From the NCBI RefSeq assembly GCF_009914755.1, contig NC_060930.1: a stretch of 64,000 nucleotides of DNA, one strand, 5' to 3'. Shown in pieces: positions 44,480 through 59,269 of the stretch. Numbering within the stretch: position 1 is the stretch's first letter; the number at the start of each line of letters is the position of its first letter. The position numbers and the translations under genes were made by a program. The notes beneath the pieces were generated by a model that ran no database searches, was not told the origin of the DNA, and worked only from the letters and a program-made list of their open reading frames with translations. Origin of the DNA: the human T2T-CHM13v2.0 reference genome, Homo sapiens.

Positions 44480-46147
44480 TTCTCCATTGAACCTTCTATG
44501 TGGAAAGACTGACTTGACATGTCAATGAATATTTAATGCCTTCTCCATTCCATTTGGTAAGTGTCTCCAAGTCTTGGACTGACACTGCCCTTATTGTACA
44601 TACTGTTCAATGGTTTTATCTTGAGTTCCTTGTGATTTTATTGTAGTAAAAGGCCATTTATGGAATTCCACTCTGTAGCATGCATTGTTGTGTTCAGGCG
44701 CCAATGTATTTGCTTTCATTTTAACACTTGGGTTTAGTGGATGGAGTTTCTCCTGGGCAAATCTGTGACCCAGGAAACACAGCAACCTGGTTGGTGCTAG
44801 TGTGTGACAGAGCCCTGTGTCTTTGTGTTTACCCGTCTGTGAGATTATCCCATTAGTGGGACACTCCTCAGTAGAAGACCTTTCTCAGCAGGGGGCTGAT
44901 CCCCAGGTCACAGAATGGATGTTTTCATATCCTCCATTTGTGTTATGCCAGAGCAGCGGTGATAGATGATGAGAGCCGGAAGTCCTCTTCTTTAACTTCC
45001 CATGCTTCCATACCTTCCATCAGCACTGAGATTTTTAGATTCTCCTGTGAAAAGACTTTCAAGATCTGCTTTTCTTATCTCTGATTAAACCAGAAAGAAA
45101 ATGACTTGACCAGGGTTGAGGAGAAGGAGGAACAAAGGGAAGGGTGTTTGAACCAGGAAGGGTTGGGGGAGAAACAAAAACACGTTTGCTCCTGCTGCAT
45201 GGAGCCATCTATGGCTGTTTCACAGCTTGAAGAAATGCACACCCAACAAATAGGAGTCTGTGGAAGACTGAAGATTTATGGTCATTTTTCAGTTGGGAAG
45301 ATAATAAAAAAAGAGAGCCGTTACTTTTTATAATGGCTAGGCTGTTTTTCATTAGTTTTAATAAACCTTTCCTTTCCCTAACTTTTCTTCTAAACAGTTA
45401 CTTGGACCTTTAACAAAAAACAACTTTTTATTTTAGAATAGTTTTAGATTTACAGGCAAATCACACAGATCATACAGAAGGTTCCACGTTCCCTGCTCCC
45501 CTAACTTTCTGTCCAGCCCTGCCCATTGCCCAGTGCCAGGCTCATGCAGGTCATCAATACCATGCTCCTAGGGAGACAGAGCTAGAGACAGCCTCTTTTC
45601 CTACTTCCTTCTTAGCATGTAACTGTCTCACAATTTCTGAAGATCGAGAGTGATGTTGGAAGAGGGAAATGAGGGACGGGAAGGAGGTACAATAAATTCT
45701 TTAATATTCCCAAATGTGATTTTAATGTCTAATTTCAGCCCCCGTGTCTGGAAATCTTTACAGAAACTGCTAGCAAGTGTCCAGAACGAGGGACACCCCG
45801 TAGTCCTTGTTCCTACAGGAGAGGGCACTCCTCCTTGCCAGTGGGAGTGGCTACATGAGGCCTTTGGTTTGCTGTCAGCTTGGCTCTGAGGCTGGTTTGG
45901 GGAGCCAATGATGGATGAATTTTCTGCAGAGCTTCCCATCATCCACAAAGGCCCAGAAAATTCTCTGTTGCAACTTGTTGGCAGCAGTGCTAAGACCCTT
46001 TGAGCAAAAGACAGGTCATGCTCACCTTTAAGAAGAGGTTGTAGGCTTTCCCCCTTGACTTGGAAGGAAAAAGGAATTCCAAATCTCCAGGATAAGATGG
46101 ACCTCAGAGCCATTTTTAAACTTCTCATGCTCAAATTCCTCTACTGC

Positions 46148-47750
46148 AGTCAAAACAGCATGCCATTGGCATAAAGATAGACAAATAGATTAATGGAACA
46201 GAGTAGAGAGTCCAGAAATATACTCACACATATATGGACAACTGATTTTTGACAAAAGATGCTGGAACAGGTGCAAAAAAAAAAAAAAAAAAAGGAGAAG
46301 AAGAAGAAACTTAGCTCCTTGAATCCATAATTTAAAGTGTGTTCAAAAACTAACAAATGTTGGGTGCGGTGGTTCATACCTATAATCCCAGCACTTTGAG
46401 AGGTCGAAGCAGGTGGATCACTTGGGCCCAGGAGTTTGAGACCAGCCTAGGCAATAAGGGGAGACCCCATCTCTACTAAAAGAAATACACAAAATTAGCC
46501 AGGTGGGGTGACGTGCACCTGTAGTCCCAGCTACTCGAGAGGCTGAGGTGAGAGAATCACCTGAGCTCAGGAAGTTGAGGCTGCAGTGAGCTGAGATCAT
46601 GTCACTGCACTCCAGCCTGAGCAATGGGAGTGAGACCCTAAAAAAACAAAAACCAAAAGCTAACAAATGAGATTATAGACTTAAATGTAAAATCCAAAAC
46701 TATAGCATTTCTACAAATTATAGGAGAAAACCTTTGTTACCTTGGGTTAGGCAAAGAAAGATTTCTTACATACGGTGTCAAAAGCACCATCCGTAAAGTA
46801 ACAAAGTGATGAACTGTACTTTATGAAAATTAAAAACTTGGCCATTGAAAAGGCTCTGTTAAGACAACGAAAAGATAAGCAATAAATGGGCAGAAAATAT
46901 TCGCCAAGCATGTATGTGAAAAGGACTTTATCTAAAATATATAAAGAACTCTCAGAACTCAACAATGAAGAAACAAACAAGCCCATTTAAAAATGGGTAA
47001 AAACTTTGAACAGACGCTTCACAAAGAAGATATATGGGTGGCAAATAAGCACATGAAAAGCTGTTCTACATCATTAGACATTATCAGTAAAACCACAGTG
47101 AGATACCACTACATACCCATTAAGATGGCTGAAATTTAAAAGTCTGATGATACCAAGTGTTGGCAAAGATGTAGAAAAACTGGAAGTCTCAGACACTACT
47201 GATGGGAATATAAAATGGTACAACCATCTTTGCAAGTAGTAGACCCACCATGTATTCCATGCATTCCATCCATTCCACTCCTAGATACTTACCCCCCAAA
47301 AACTGATAAATGTCCAACGATAGGTGAATGGATACACTGGTATACCCATACAGTGGGATATTATTCAGCAATAAAACTGAGTGAACTATTGATACACAGG
47401 AGACAAATGTCAAAATTATGCTGAGCAAAAGAATCCACATAAAAAGGAGTACATACTATATGGTTCCATTTATATTAAATTAGAAAATTCCCTCTAATCT
47501 ATGGAGACAGAAGACAGATCAGTGGTTGCTTTCGGGGGGCAGAAAGGTATACAAAGGAGGGACAAAGGACAGTTTTGTGGGGGATGGATGCGTTCACTAT
47601 CTTGATGGTGCTGATGGTTTTACGGGTGTATGCATATGTCAAAACTTACCAAGCTGTTCAGTTTAAATGGACAATTTATTGTATATCAATAAGCAAGTCA
47701 TTGCATGTTAATGATACCCCAATAAAGCTTTTTAAATTAAAAAAAAAAAT
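46148..47750 (+). mobile_element. L1M (MC/MD-type) ORF2 end plus 3' UTR, with an AluJ insertion at 46358-46658
   Basis: AGACAAATAGATTAATGGAACAGA...CAACTGATTTTTGACAAA...; ends AATAAAG...poly-A. Confidence 0.88.
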
Positions 47751-48599
47751 CCCTTACTGAACCACTGCCAAGAGCTTTTCAGCAAAGCTCCCTTTATCAA
47801 AATCAGAGATAAGGCGGTGCCAAAACTGCAAATAAAATGGAGTCATTTGTACTGAATAAGAGGAAGTTTTCCAGTCACATGAGTTTTCTCCAGAGGGATT
47901 CAGTCAGTGGGACTGGGCCAGGGTGAACAGCAGGGCTGGCAGGTCAGCAAGTCCAAGAGGCTTCACTCCATCTTCAAGTTGAGTGTTCTCATCGCTAAGA
48001 TGGCAGCCTTGGATAAGATGACCTTTAATACCCAAGACTTCATGGCAGTGGAAACACTGAGCATTTTCTATTGGTCTGGGTTGGGTTTCGTTCTCCACCA
48101 GGCACCGGCACTAGTGCTGGCCTTTGCGGCCCTCAACTCCTTGGCATGTGTGTCCTCAGGGTCAACATTAGCCCCTTGCGCCTGTGGGGAGGATTCATGG
48201 AGTGGTGTCAAAGAGTGCCTGGCTTGTTTTCTTCCTTTTCCTTATTCTAGTGGGAATGAAGTTCAGTCCAAGTCAGACATGCCAGAAATTGATTTTTTCT
48301 TTACTTTTCTGGTACTGAATTTAATTTCTACTTTGAGCCATCGACCCACTGTTGAGTAGAAATCAATTAATTTGGTTGGTGCCCTTCCTAAGAGTAAGTT
48401 CTAAGTTGAGGAAAGTTTATGTGGAGGCCTCTGGGCATGACGCTTGCTGGGGTCTTGTCCTCATCAGGGGCTACTCAGCAGTCGGTGCCCTCCACCTTCC
48501 TCTAGCTGAGCACCCACGGCTCATGATTCGATCTTCCCAGTGCAGCCTAAAGCCTCTTCAGGTTCAGCTCTCCTTGGTGTCTTCCACGCTCAGAAGTCT

Positions 48600-49182
<583 letters not shown>

Positions 49183-51420
49183 TAGTTTGTCTCATAGGGT
49201 TGTTGTGAAAATTAAAGCAGTCAGTACTTAGAGCAATGCCTGGAATACTGTGAGTCTTCTGTAAATGACGTTTATTTTGTCACACTGGAGTCAGGGGAGC
49301 TTGTCTGCCCTTCTTCCTGGGCTCCTGGTTCCTTCAGGCTCTACCCAGGAAAGGTGGCTCTTGGGCTTCTGATCTTTTCTCTTCAAAATGATCCGGGGAT
49401 TCTAGGGATGGAGAGGGCAGGGCTTCCATCTTTAGAGAGGTCTAGCTCCAGAAATCTTCATCCAGACTTGGGGAGAAAGTGCAAGAGAAGAAAGCCTTGC
49501 TACTCCTTGTCGTGCATTCTCCGAAAAAAATACATTCAAAAATATCTCCACCAGTCTTTCAAAATGCAAGGCCAATTACTACCCCTTTTCTGTCTGCGTT
49601 CTACCATCCTTTGAATGAGCCACAGGTGGGGGTGCCCTGGGTGACTGCATGTGGGTGGCTCAAGGACACAGGGAAATGGAGGGGGAAGCCCTGACTAACA
49701 GGTCCAAATGTTAACTTCCATCTGGTTCTCTGTGGGCTAAGAGGAGGCACCTAGTGCTAAGAAGCTGCCAGCAGAAGATGCCCTGGCAGCCTGACCACCC
49801 ACAAGTCCTGACACTCGGATGGCCGCAGTCCACTCCTCCTGCAGGAGACAGGACCTACTGTGTTAGAGTCTCTGGTGGCAGGTGCTCGGGAGATGGGCAT
49901 CACCTGTCGTGTAACACCCTTTGCAAAGACCGGGAGACATGGTGAGGATGGCCTGAAAGTCAAGTCAACTTCTATTCCATTTTCTCCTGGGGACGTGCAA
50001 TGTGCTCTAAGGGCAGCCTAGTGGGTAGGCTACCAATGTTTTGGAAGATAATTCAAACTGAAAACGTTATATTGAAGCACGATGTCATTCTGCCATCTTG
50101 TGGCAGTATCATTCTCTGGATTCTGTGGTGATTGTGGTCTGTGGCTGTTAGAGATGTGGACTTACCCTGATGAGGACAAGTGCTTAGCCCTGCATGATGT
50201 CTTACTAACTACCATTAGGCTTTCTATGAAGAATGGATTATTTAAATAGGAAATCTATCATTAAGATGAATCTTTGAGGTGTATGAAACTTCAAATATTC
50301 ATTTAGCAAATATTTATCTTCCTATATGCATGGAGCAATCCTAGGCTCTGGTGAAAAATGTGTAATTATAGTCTCCGTCTTCAATGAGCTTCAATGAGCT
50401 AGAGAATAAGGACAGTTTTCACACATACCTGTAATACAAGGCAAAAAGAAATAAATGTGTGTTATATGAGGAGCTCTGGATAAATGGAAAGAAGTTAACA
50501 GCACTGGACACTGGGAAGGGTGATGAAGAAAGTGGTGTTTGAGTCCAGGGAGTCACTGAATATCTTTGAGTAAAGGAGGGACATAAGAAAATCTGTGTGG
50601 CAGGAAGGTCACTGGGCTACTAGCTACTAGAGCAGTGATCCGCAAACTTTTTGATCAAGCACCTCTAACAAACCAACCAACCAAACCAACTAAGTGAGCA
50701 TGCAACCAAACCAAAGCATTTTACTTAAGAATATAAACATTTATGGATCTAGCATGTACAAATTAAGATGTATATTAAAATAAAGAGATTAAAGTGATTT
50801 AAAAAAATAGTAGCCCAAGTATTTTCTTCTTGCATCCTATTGGATGTCCGGGTCCCCTGACTTTGAAGATTGCTGTTGTAGACCAGTTTGGGCAGGAAAA
50901 TAGGGAAAAGAGAATCAGAAAGACCCTCGCAGGCCATGATGATAGTGATAGCGCAGACGAGAGATCACCTGGACCCAGGTAAGGTGGAGATGCAGGCAAT
51001 GTAAGGTAATGGACAGACACTCAGAGACAGAAGTAGAGAATTGCCAGGAGCTTAGGGAGAGGGAACTGTTCAAGGTCATTCTGGGTTTGAGGTTTTGTTT
51101 TGTTTTAAAGTCTTACGCTATTGGAAAGATGAGGATTCATTTTAGAGAGAGTACAGGGGTAAAAGGCAGGTTTGTGAAGAAGATGGTGAGTTTGTTTTGT
51201 ATAAGGTGAGGTTTTTGCACCAGTGAAATCTGTTTGTCTGTCCCCAGAAATCTGGAGATTTAGGACTGGACTCAGAAAAGGAGTCCCGAATGGAGCAGTG
51301 TCATCTGATTCAGATGTGATGTCAAACTTCAGGAATGTGTGAGGACACCCAGGGCAAGAGTACAGAGTGAGAAGAAAACAGAGCCAAGGACGAACCCACA
51401 AGGACACTGGCATCTAAGCG

Positions 51421-54420
51421 TGTTGTAGCTCAGGGTTCCTTGAGAAGTAGACTATGAGATAGAAACTTATGAGCAGGAAGTGTATTGGGGAGTGTTCCAG
51501 AATCAACAACCGTAAGGAGGGAGGATTGCTGGATTGGGTGGAGAAAGAAGTGGAAGTCTGATGTGGTTTCAACAGAGGCCTCAGCTGATCTCGTGAGGAG
51601 CTCTGAAATGAGGAGGGCCCTTCGAGGGATGGCTGTGGTGCGCTGAACTGGGTCCCCTGGTTCCCACCAGCTGGATTCCTGAGTCAGCTGTGTGGATCTC
51701 CTCCCAACTCCTCATTCAGTGATGTCAGGTTGATCTTGACATTGGCACAGTGGGAATATTTACACCATGAAAATTGCCCAATATTACAAACCAGGGCTTC
51801 CCCCATCCACCAGGAACAACTTGTTAAATATGTACCAGTATACACATTTATGTCCCTAATGAAGAGGGGAACTAAGTCTCTGCATCTTTTCATAAACTGA
51901 TCATTGGATGCAGGCTGCCCCTGAGGAGAAGATGTTACTTTGGATGGGGTAGCCGCTTTCAGCTGAGGACTGTACCTAGAGAAGAACATAGCTGTGAAGC
52001 ATAAAACATTTCCTAAATCTGGAGAAATTAGTGTCTTTGAATGTGAAGGGTGAATATGAACAACATACCACAGCATCCACTACAGCCTACCTTTTGCCCA
52101 ACTGCTTCATATAGTGATTTAATCTCATCTAGAAACAGCTACTTCAGGATCTTAGTTACTCTCTTTTCCTGGGTAAATTTATGACAGTAATATTGGTTGC
52201 TATGGTTTGAATGTCCTTCTCCAAACTCATGTTAAAATTTAATTGCCGTTATGACAGTATTAAGAGGTGGGACCTTTAAGGAGCTATTAGGTCATGAGGG
52301 CTCTGCCCTCATAAATGGATCAATGCTGTTATTGCAGAAGTGGTTTTGCTATTGCAGGCATTCAGCCCTCTTCCTCTTTTTCTTTACACTCACTCACCCT
52401 CCCACTTTCTGCCATGGGGTGACACAGAAGGCCCTCACCAAATGTGGGCCACTTGACCTTGGACTTCCCAGCTTCCAGAACTGTGAGAAATAAATCTCTG
52501 CTCCTTATAAATTACCTAGTCTGTGGTATTCCATTATACCAGCAGAAAACAAAACAAAAAGAAAATTGGTACCAGGAGTGGGGTTGTTGCTGTAACAAAT
52601 ATCTGAAAAGTGGAAGTGGCTTTGGAACTGGATAATGGGTAGAGGCTGGAAAAATTGGGAGGAGAAGGCTAGAAAAAGCCTACAATGCCATTAATGGCAA
52701 ATCTGGTGAGGGCGCAGAAGAAGACCCCAGAACTACAGACAGCCTAAATCTTAGAGATTACTTAAGTGATTGTGATCAGAATGTTGGTATAAACAAGGAT
52801 AGTAAAGGCCATTCTGATATCTCAGATGGTATTGGGAACTGGAGTAAAGGCCATCCCTGTTATATGGTTGCAAAGAACTTTGCAGGATTATGTTCTTGTC
52901 CTAGGACTTTATGGAATACAGAATGTAAGAGTAATGAGCTAAGATATTTGGTAGAAGAAACTTCTAAGCAACAGAGAATCAGGCTGCTGTGTAGCTACTT
53001 TTAAACACATCCAGTGAGATGTGAGAGGCCAGAAATGACTTAAAGACAGACTTTTGTAATGAAAAGAAAAGAAGAATGGAAAGATTTCAGAAATTTGCAG
53101 CCTGGCTATGTGAAGAGTAGAAAGGTGTGTTTGGGAGAGCAAATCAAGGGTATGGTCAAGCAATTGTTTGCTTAAGAGATTAGTATGAACAGGAAGGAAG
53201 CCAGGTGCTATTCATCAATACAATGGGAGAAATACCTCAAAGGCATTTCAAAGATCTTTGAGGTTGTCCCTCCCATCACAGGCCTAGGGCATCTAGGAGG
53301 GCAGAATGGTTTCAGAGGACAGGCCAGGGCACTGTCCATGGGTTCACTGGCCAGGGCCACTTCAGGACTCTGCTCTCTGCATTCCAATATAATACCCCTC
53401 ATCTGTCCCAGCTGTGGCTCAAGCAGGCTCAGGTGCAGCTTGGACTCCACAAGGTGCAAGCAGTAAACCTTGGTGGCATTCACATGGTGTTAAGTCTGCA
53501 GGCTTACAGAAGAAAGAGATATGGGAACATAGCAACCTTCACTTAGGTTTCAAAGAATGTTCAGACAACATGGGGGCCCAGGCAGAAACTTGTTTCAGGG
53601 GTAGAGCTACCACAGAGATTTCCTACTAAGGCAATGCCTAGTGAAGCCATTGGAACAAGGCCAGCCCTGAGAGTCCTCACAAGGGTAATGCCTGATGGGA
53701 ATGGCATCACCATTGAGACTCCAGAACTGTAGCTACCAGTGTGCGACACCAGCCTGGGAGAGCTGCAGTCATGAGACTCCAACCTGAGAGAGCCGAAGTG
53801 TAGACTGAGCCCAGCAAAGCCATGTGGGTGAGGCTGCCTGAGGCCTTAGGGGCTCAATCTCTCACCCAGTGTGCTCTCTGTCTTGCATGCTCATTCACCC
53901 TTTCATCTTCTGCTATTAGGTGATACAGCAAGAAGGCCTTCACCAGATGCTGACACCTTGATTTGGGATTGCCCTAATGTAGCATTCCCAGCCTCGAGAA
54001 CTGTAAGAAATGAATTTCTTTTCTTTATAAATTACCCAGTCTGTGGTATTCTGTTATAGCAGCATAAAACAGTCCAAGACATTAGTCTCCTTTGCTGCAG
54101 GTGAGGCCACAATCACTATTCATCATCTCTCTCCTTTAGTAGCTATTCTAGATCTCCCTCCCACTCAGCCAGCACCTGTGCTGGTCTGGTAACCTTACAT
54201 GACCCTGGTAGGGTGATCTAAACCCTCATCTCTAGGGGTTGGAAATCTTGGTAATCATGCCCTTCTCAGGCTGTGGCTGCTGCATCATGTCTAATCGCTA
54301 TTAGAATTGGGCAAAGAAATACCAAGAGACACCCTCATGAACTGCCAGTGTACAAATATGTTCTTCCACGACCCCGACGTGTGAGGGCAGACCCTGCTGC
54401 TGGTCTGATGAATCCTTTCC
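51421..54420 (-). mobile_element. LTR16A-like LTR plus adjoining ERVL internal sequence, interrupted by MER63 (~51630-51846) and an MST provirus
   Basis: GGGTTCCTTGAGAAGTAGACTATGAGA...GAGGCCTCAGCTGATC...CACAGCATCCACTACA; MER63 motif GGGAATATTTACACCATGAAAATTG. Confidence 0.6.
52198..54081 (+). mobile_element. MSTB-like MaLR provirus (LTR, internal region, partial LTR)
   Basis: TGCTATGGTTTGAATGT start, AAATTGGTACCAGGAG internal start, end CCAAGACA; TSD TTGGT/TTAGT. Confidence 0.85.
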
Positions 54421-57086
54421 TTTGCAGCTGCTCTCTTGGCACCAAGAGACATGATGGCAGCTGTGGCCCCAGTGAAAGCGTTCCTTTTCTGGGAGCCAGG
54501 GCCTCTCACCCCACAAATACAGAATCCTCCTGGAGTTCATTCATCCAAACTTTAGGAAGTGTGTTCCATGCACAGTGCTCTTCAGGCTACGAGAAAATGA
54601 GCCTGGGTTCTGTTTGGCGGGAGGTGAACCATTAGGAACCATTGGACTCAGAACAGAACCCATTGAAATATGCCCCAAAGTGTTGCCTGTGGTGAGTGGA
54701 GATTCTCTTCTCTCACTAACTAAGAAGACTAAGAGAAGAGAAGCCTGAAAAATGTGATTTCTTCTGTCTCAGCAGGGCCTGGTCGGGAGTCACTGGGCCC
54801 CCTCTAGAATTAACATCACTGCATGTAAACATTAGGGACAGTATTTTTTTTTTAAATCCTGCCTAGGTATAATGTTTTCTTTTCCATTAGTAAGTAAAGC
54901 ATATTCTCTTAAGTAAGCTATGCCATGGATAATATGGAATTTTTGTTATAAGCCTTTCCCATTCATCATACTCCCCAACACTGTTTTAGATCTTCCAGTC
55001 CTGGTTTTCGGATAATTCCAGGTGCACTATCTCAGAGGTATAAAAATTCCCAAAATGAAATTAATTTTAATTCATTTAAAATGCCACACCACACAGCTAT
55101 TAAGGATGGAGAAGATTAGAGAGGAAAGAGGAAAATTATCTGCACAAACCAGAGAAAGATGCCATCATTCCCAAAATACTGGGAATGATAACACACTGCT
55201 TTGTAGTCCCTAATTGCAATTTCCCAGGGGGTGCTATTTTTAACTCTGTGGCTGAATTGTTGATTCTTTAATGCTTCTCCTGACTTTCCATGGTGTTTAC
55301 CACAACTAAGGAATGGTAAGGGGCTGGCGAATAACAAATGATGAATGGAATCACTTGATTCTTACCTGAGAAAAGGTCACAGAGAACTTCCTATATGAAC
55401 TTGATTTTCAGCTCTGTGATGAATAGGCCACGATAGATTATCCTACAGTATGACCCAATCTTGATGTTAGGCCATGTAACAAATGTCTAATCTAAAAATT
55501 TCCTCCTGGCATTTATCTCTCATTTCTCTCTCTGTGCTTAGGAAAAGTGGAAAATAATCACTCATTGGAAATTATCTTCTCATTCATTGATTTATTAACT
55601 ATTTCAATGAATTCCTCATACATGTATTACGCTAGGCATTTGCATATAATCTCGTGAATCAAACATATAAATAAACAAGTAACTATAAAGTGTGAAATGC
55701 TATAAACTTAAGAAAAAAAAAAAGAATGTTGAGATAAAGAATGAGATGTGCCCAGAATAACTATTTAACCCAATTGCAACTGACCTCACCAAATCTGAGA
55801 AGGAGCTGGTATGGGAAATACCATTTTTTCTAGAAGAAACTGTACACACATAAACCCCAAGGTAGGAAAGAGCTTGGCAAGTGTGCCTGTCAAAAAGGAG
55901 ACCCAGTAGGACAAAAGCTTGGTTAGAGATGGAGAGGTGGAACCAGAGTCTTAAAGGCCTGAGGCCAGAGTTTGGATTAATTTACAAATGCAAAGGAAAC
56001 AATTACAATAATTTTAGCAGGAGATCGACAGTAACCCACAAAAGCCATAAATTCCCCCATCCACAAACTCAGGTGTGCAGAAATGTGACTTCTCTAAAAC
56101 TGAATTCAACTTAGCCAACAACTTTTTTTTCTTCTGATGGAGGAGATCTATGTCTTGCCATGCTTCAATTGTCTCCAGTTTACTAGAGTTTCTTTTGAGA
56201 AACCACTCAGCTAACCCAAGATTCTTTCCAGCCTCTCCCCTTCTTCCTTTCATCCCAGGTGGTGCCTGGGTTCAGGTGAGATGACTACAAAGGGACCTGA
56301 AATAAGCCTCCAGAGATACCCCTCTTTTGCCAACAATTAGGGCCTTGGTGCCAACACAAACATGCCTATGCTCACTCAGCCTCGCCAGGTGAGCGGGAAT
56401 CTCTGTGGAGTCTCCTTTCAGATTTTGAATCTCCCTGATTTTTGGTTTGAGATTCAAACTTTACTCAACTGACCTGACTTCACACCTGACAGGGCTGGAA
56501 CTGAAGTTCTGTTTTAAAGCTTTAAGGTGGGAGCTTCGCTTGTTAATCTCTAGAAATTCTGCTGACTGCGGGTTTGTGATTTTCACTTTTCTCTGAGGTT
56601 CAGGTATTGTGTGTCTTACTCATTAAAGTTTACAACCTTTTCTCTTGGTCAAAGAGAAAACAGTTTTCTCTGAAAAGAGAAAGTGATATCCTTGTGGCTT
56701 AAGTGAAAAATTTGTAATCTGTAAAACTGGTGGGATTCTGCGACTTAGTGCAATTGACAGATCTAAAATTTCTTCTTGAGTGACTGAAATTCCTCCCACT
56801 AGGTCTTTTTGGTCTTTCAAAGGAAAATCTAAATTATGGACAATTATACTACTAAAGGAGAGATGTGCCTTTAGAAATACTGCCTGGATGCATGTGCAAT
56901 ACTAATAATACCTCTTCATTCATATAGTCACAAAAATGGTCTCACATAACTTATGAAGACCCCAAGTTACAATGGCCAAAATGGGGTATCTTTAAAATAC
57001 CTAAAGTAGTTTATCTGTGCACTCAATCAGAAAATGCTGTTTGAAATAAAACAAAATAACGTATAGAGCTATCTTCAATGTACTTA

Positions 57087-57227
<141 letters not shown>

Positions 57228-57929
57228 CTAATAAAGTCTTTTATTTGCAAGAGGAAAACATTTGTCTACAACAATTTCTGAATTGAAAAAAGACTGCCAA
57301 AATTGATTTTCAGTTAGGTTCTCTTTAGGGAACATGTTTTCCTTTTGGTTCCCTCAGCTCCCATCCACCTGACAGGCAGAGACTTTTAGAAATTATACAA
57401 CACACCTATCTCTTTCTCCCCAAAGGGGGACAGTTATCCCGTGTGGTTGTTAATAAATTGCATGCCATTTCCCCCATTAATCTGTTTTTGTGAGTTGATT
57501 TTTTTCAGCGAACATTCAGAGGGTGAGGGGAAAGTTTTCCCATGGCCCCTGCAGCTTTAGCGCTATGAGCAGAGTACCTAACCTGCTCTGCTCTAAGCCA
57601 CAGTGAAGGGAACCCAGGACCTGACAGGCCAGCAGAAGGGTAAGAACGTCTTACCAGCCAGCCTCCCTGTCTTTCATTTTGTGGAATCTGGTTGAGCGGA
57701 CAGTAAAACCATGTTTGTCTCTTTTTCCTCTGCAAAATGTTGGCTAATGAGAGGAAAGGATTTGTATGACTAGTCTTGGGTATAGCAATCTTGGTGTACT
57801 TCTTGGTACACATATGGGATCGAGTTGCTCTTAGAATAAGTACATCATTAAAAATTCTAATCATCAGTGGTCACGAGATGGATCCTTTGAATTATAATAA
57901 CATATATATATATATATATGTATATATGA

Positions 57930-58301
<372 letters not shown>

Positions 58302-58967
58302 TAATGGTATCATGGCCAGCTTTAGAAATTCTCTTCACAAAAGTAAAGAGCAAAAATTTGACCAAAAACAAAGTTAAAATCCTTTGTAAGCTCAAGGTGC
58401 CTGCTTCAGATGCCCTGTGGGATTCACAGTGAAAGCTGCTCCACCTGGAATTCTGGAAGGTGAAATCCTGTACCTTCACTGCCATGGCCTTAGTCAGAGA
58501 ACCATCCCTTTGGTTTGGTATTTTGGTGACTTTTGGCTTTGGGGATACCTGTTTGTTATTGACCCTGTTCCCTTTCATGGACAGCTTTTAGTTTCTCGTC
58601 TTTCCATTGGTGAGACACAGGGGGCCTTCGGGCCTTCAGGCCTTCATGTGTAGGTGCTCAGCTGCCCACAAAGCCGGACAGAATGTGAGTTGTACGCCAT
58701 TTGTGGTTAGTGAAACTATCCTTTCATTGAGCTGTCTTTGGGGTGGTTCTGAATCTTGTGAGGACTGCTTTGCCCCTCTTCGGAGACACCTCATGAGTTC
58801 TTGATTAAATTACAACCTTGGTTAAGGCTTATTGGTTTTGGTAATTCACTTGGGAGGGTACTTGGGTGAAAAAAAAAAAAAAGCTCAAAAGCCAGGAATC
58901 TCATCTGTTTGTCTCAGCAATAATCTGATAATAAGAGATTTTTAAAAGAGTTTTTAAAAAGGAGCTG

Positions 58968-59269
58968 TGGCCAGGTGCAGTGGCTTACACCTGTTGTCCC
59001 AGCACTCTGGGAGGCTGAGGTGAGAGGATTGCTTGAACCCAGGAGTTTGAGACCAGCCTGGGTAACACAGTGAGATCTGTCTCAAAAAAAAATTTAAAAA
59101 TTAGCCTCGCGTGGTGGTGCGTGCTAGTGGTCCCACCTACTCAGGAGGCTGAGCGGGAAGGATCACTTGAGACTGGGAGATTGAAGTTGCAGTGAGCTGA
59201 TTGTGTCACTGCACTCCAGCCTGGGTGACAGAGTGAGACCCTGTCAAACAAAACAAAACAAACAAAAAA
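58968..59269 (+). mobile_element. AluJ
   Basis: Diverged Alu with (CAAAA)n tail. Confidence 0.92.

Noticed and set aside
45628-48359. 168-aa (-) and 150-aa (+) ORFs
   Set aside because: Non-ATG starts, no recognisable homology or exon structure; lengths within chance expectation.
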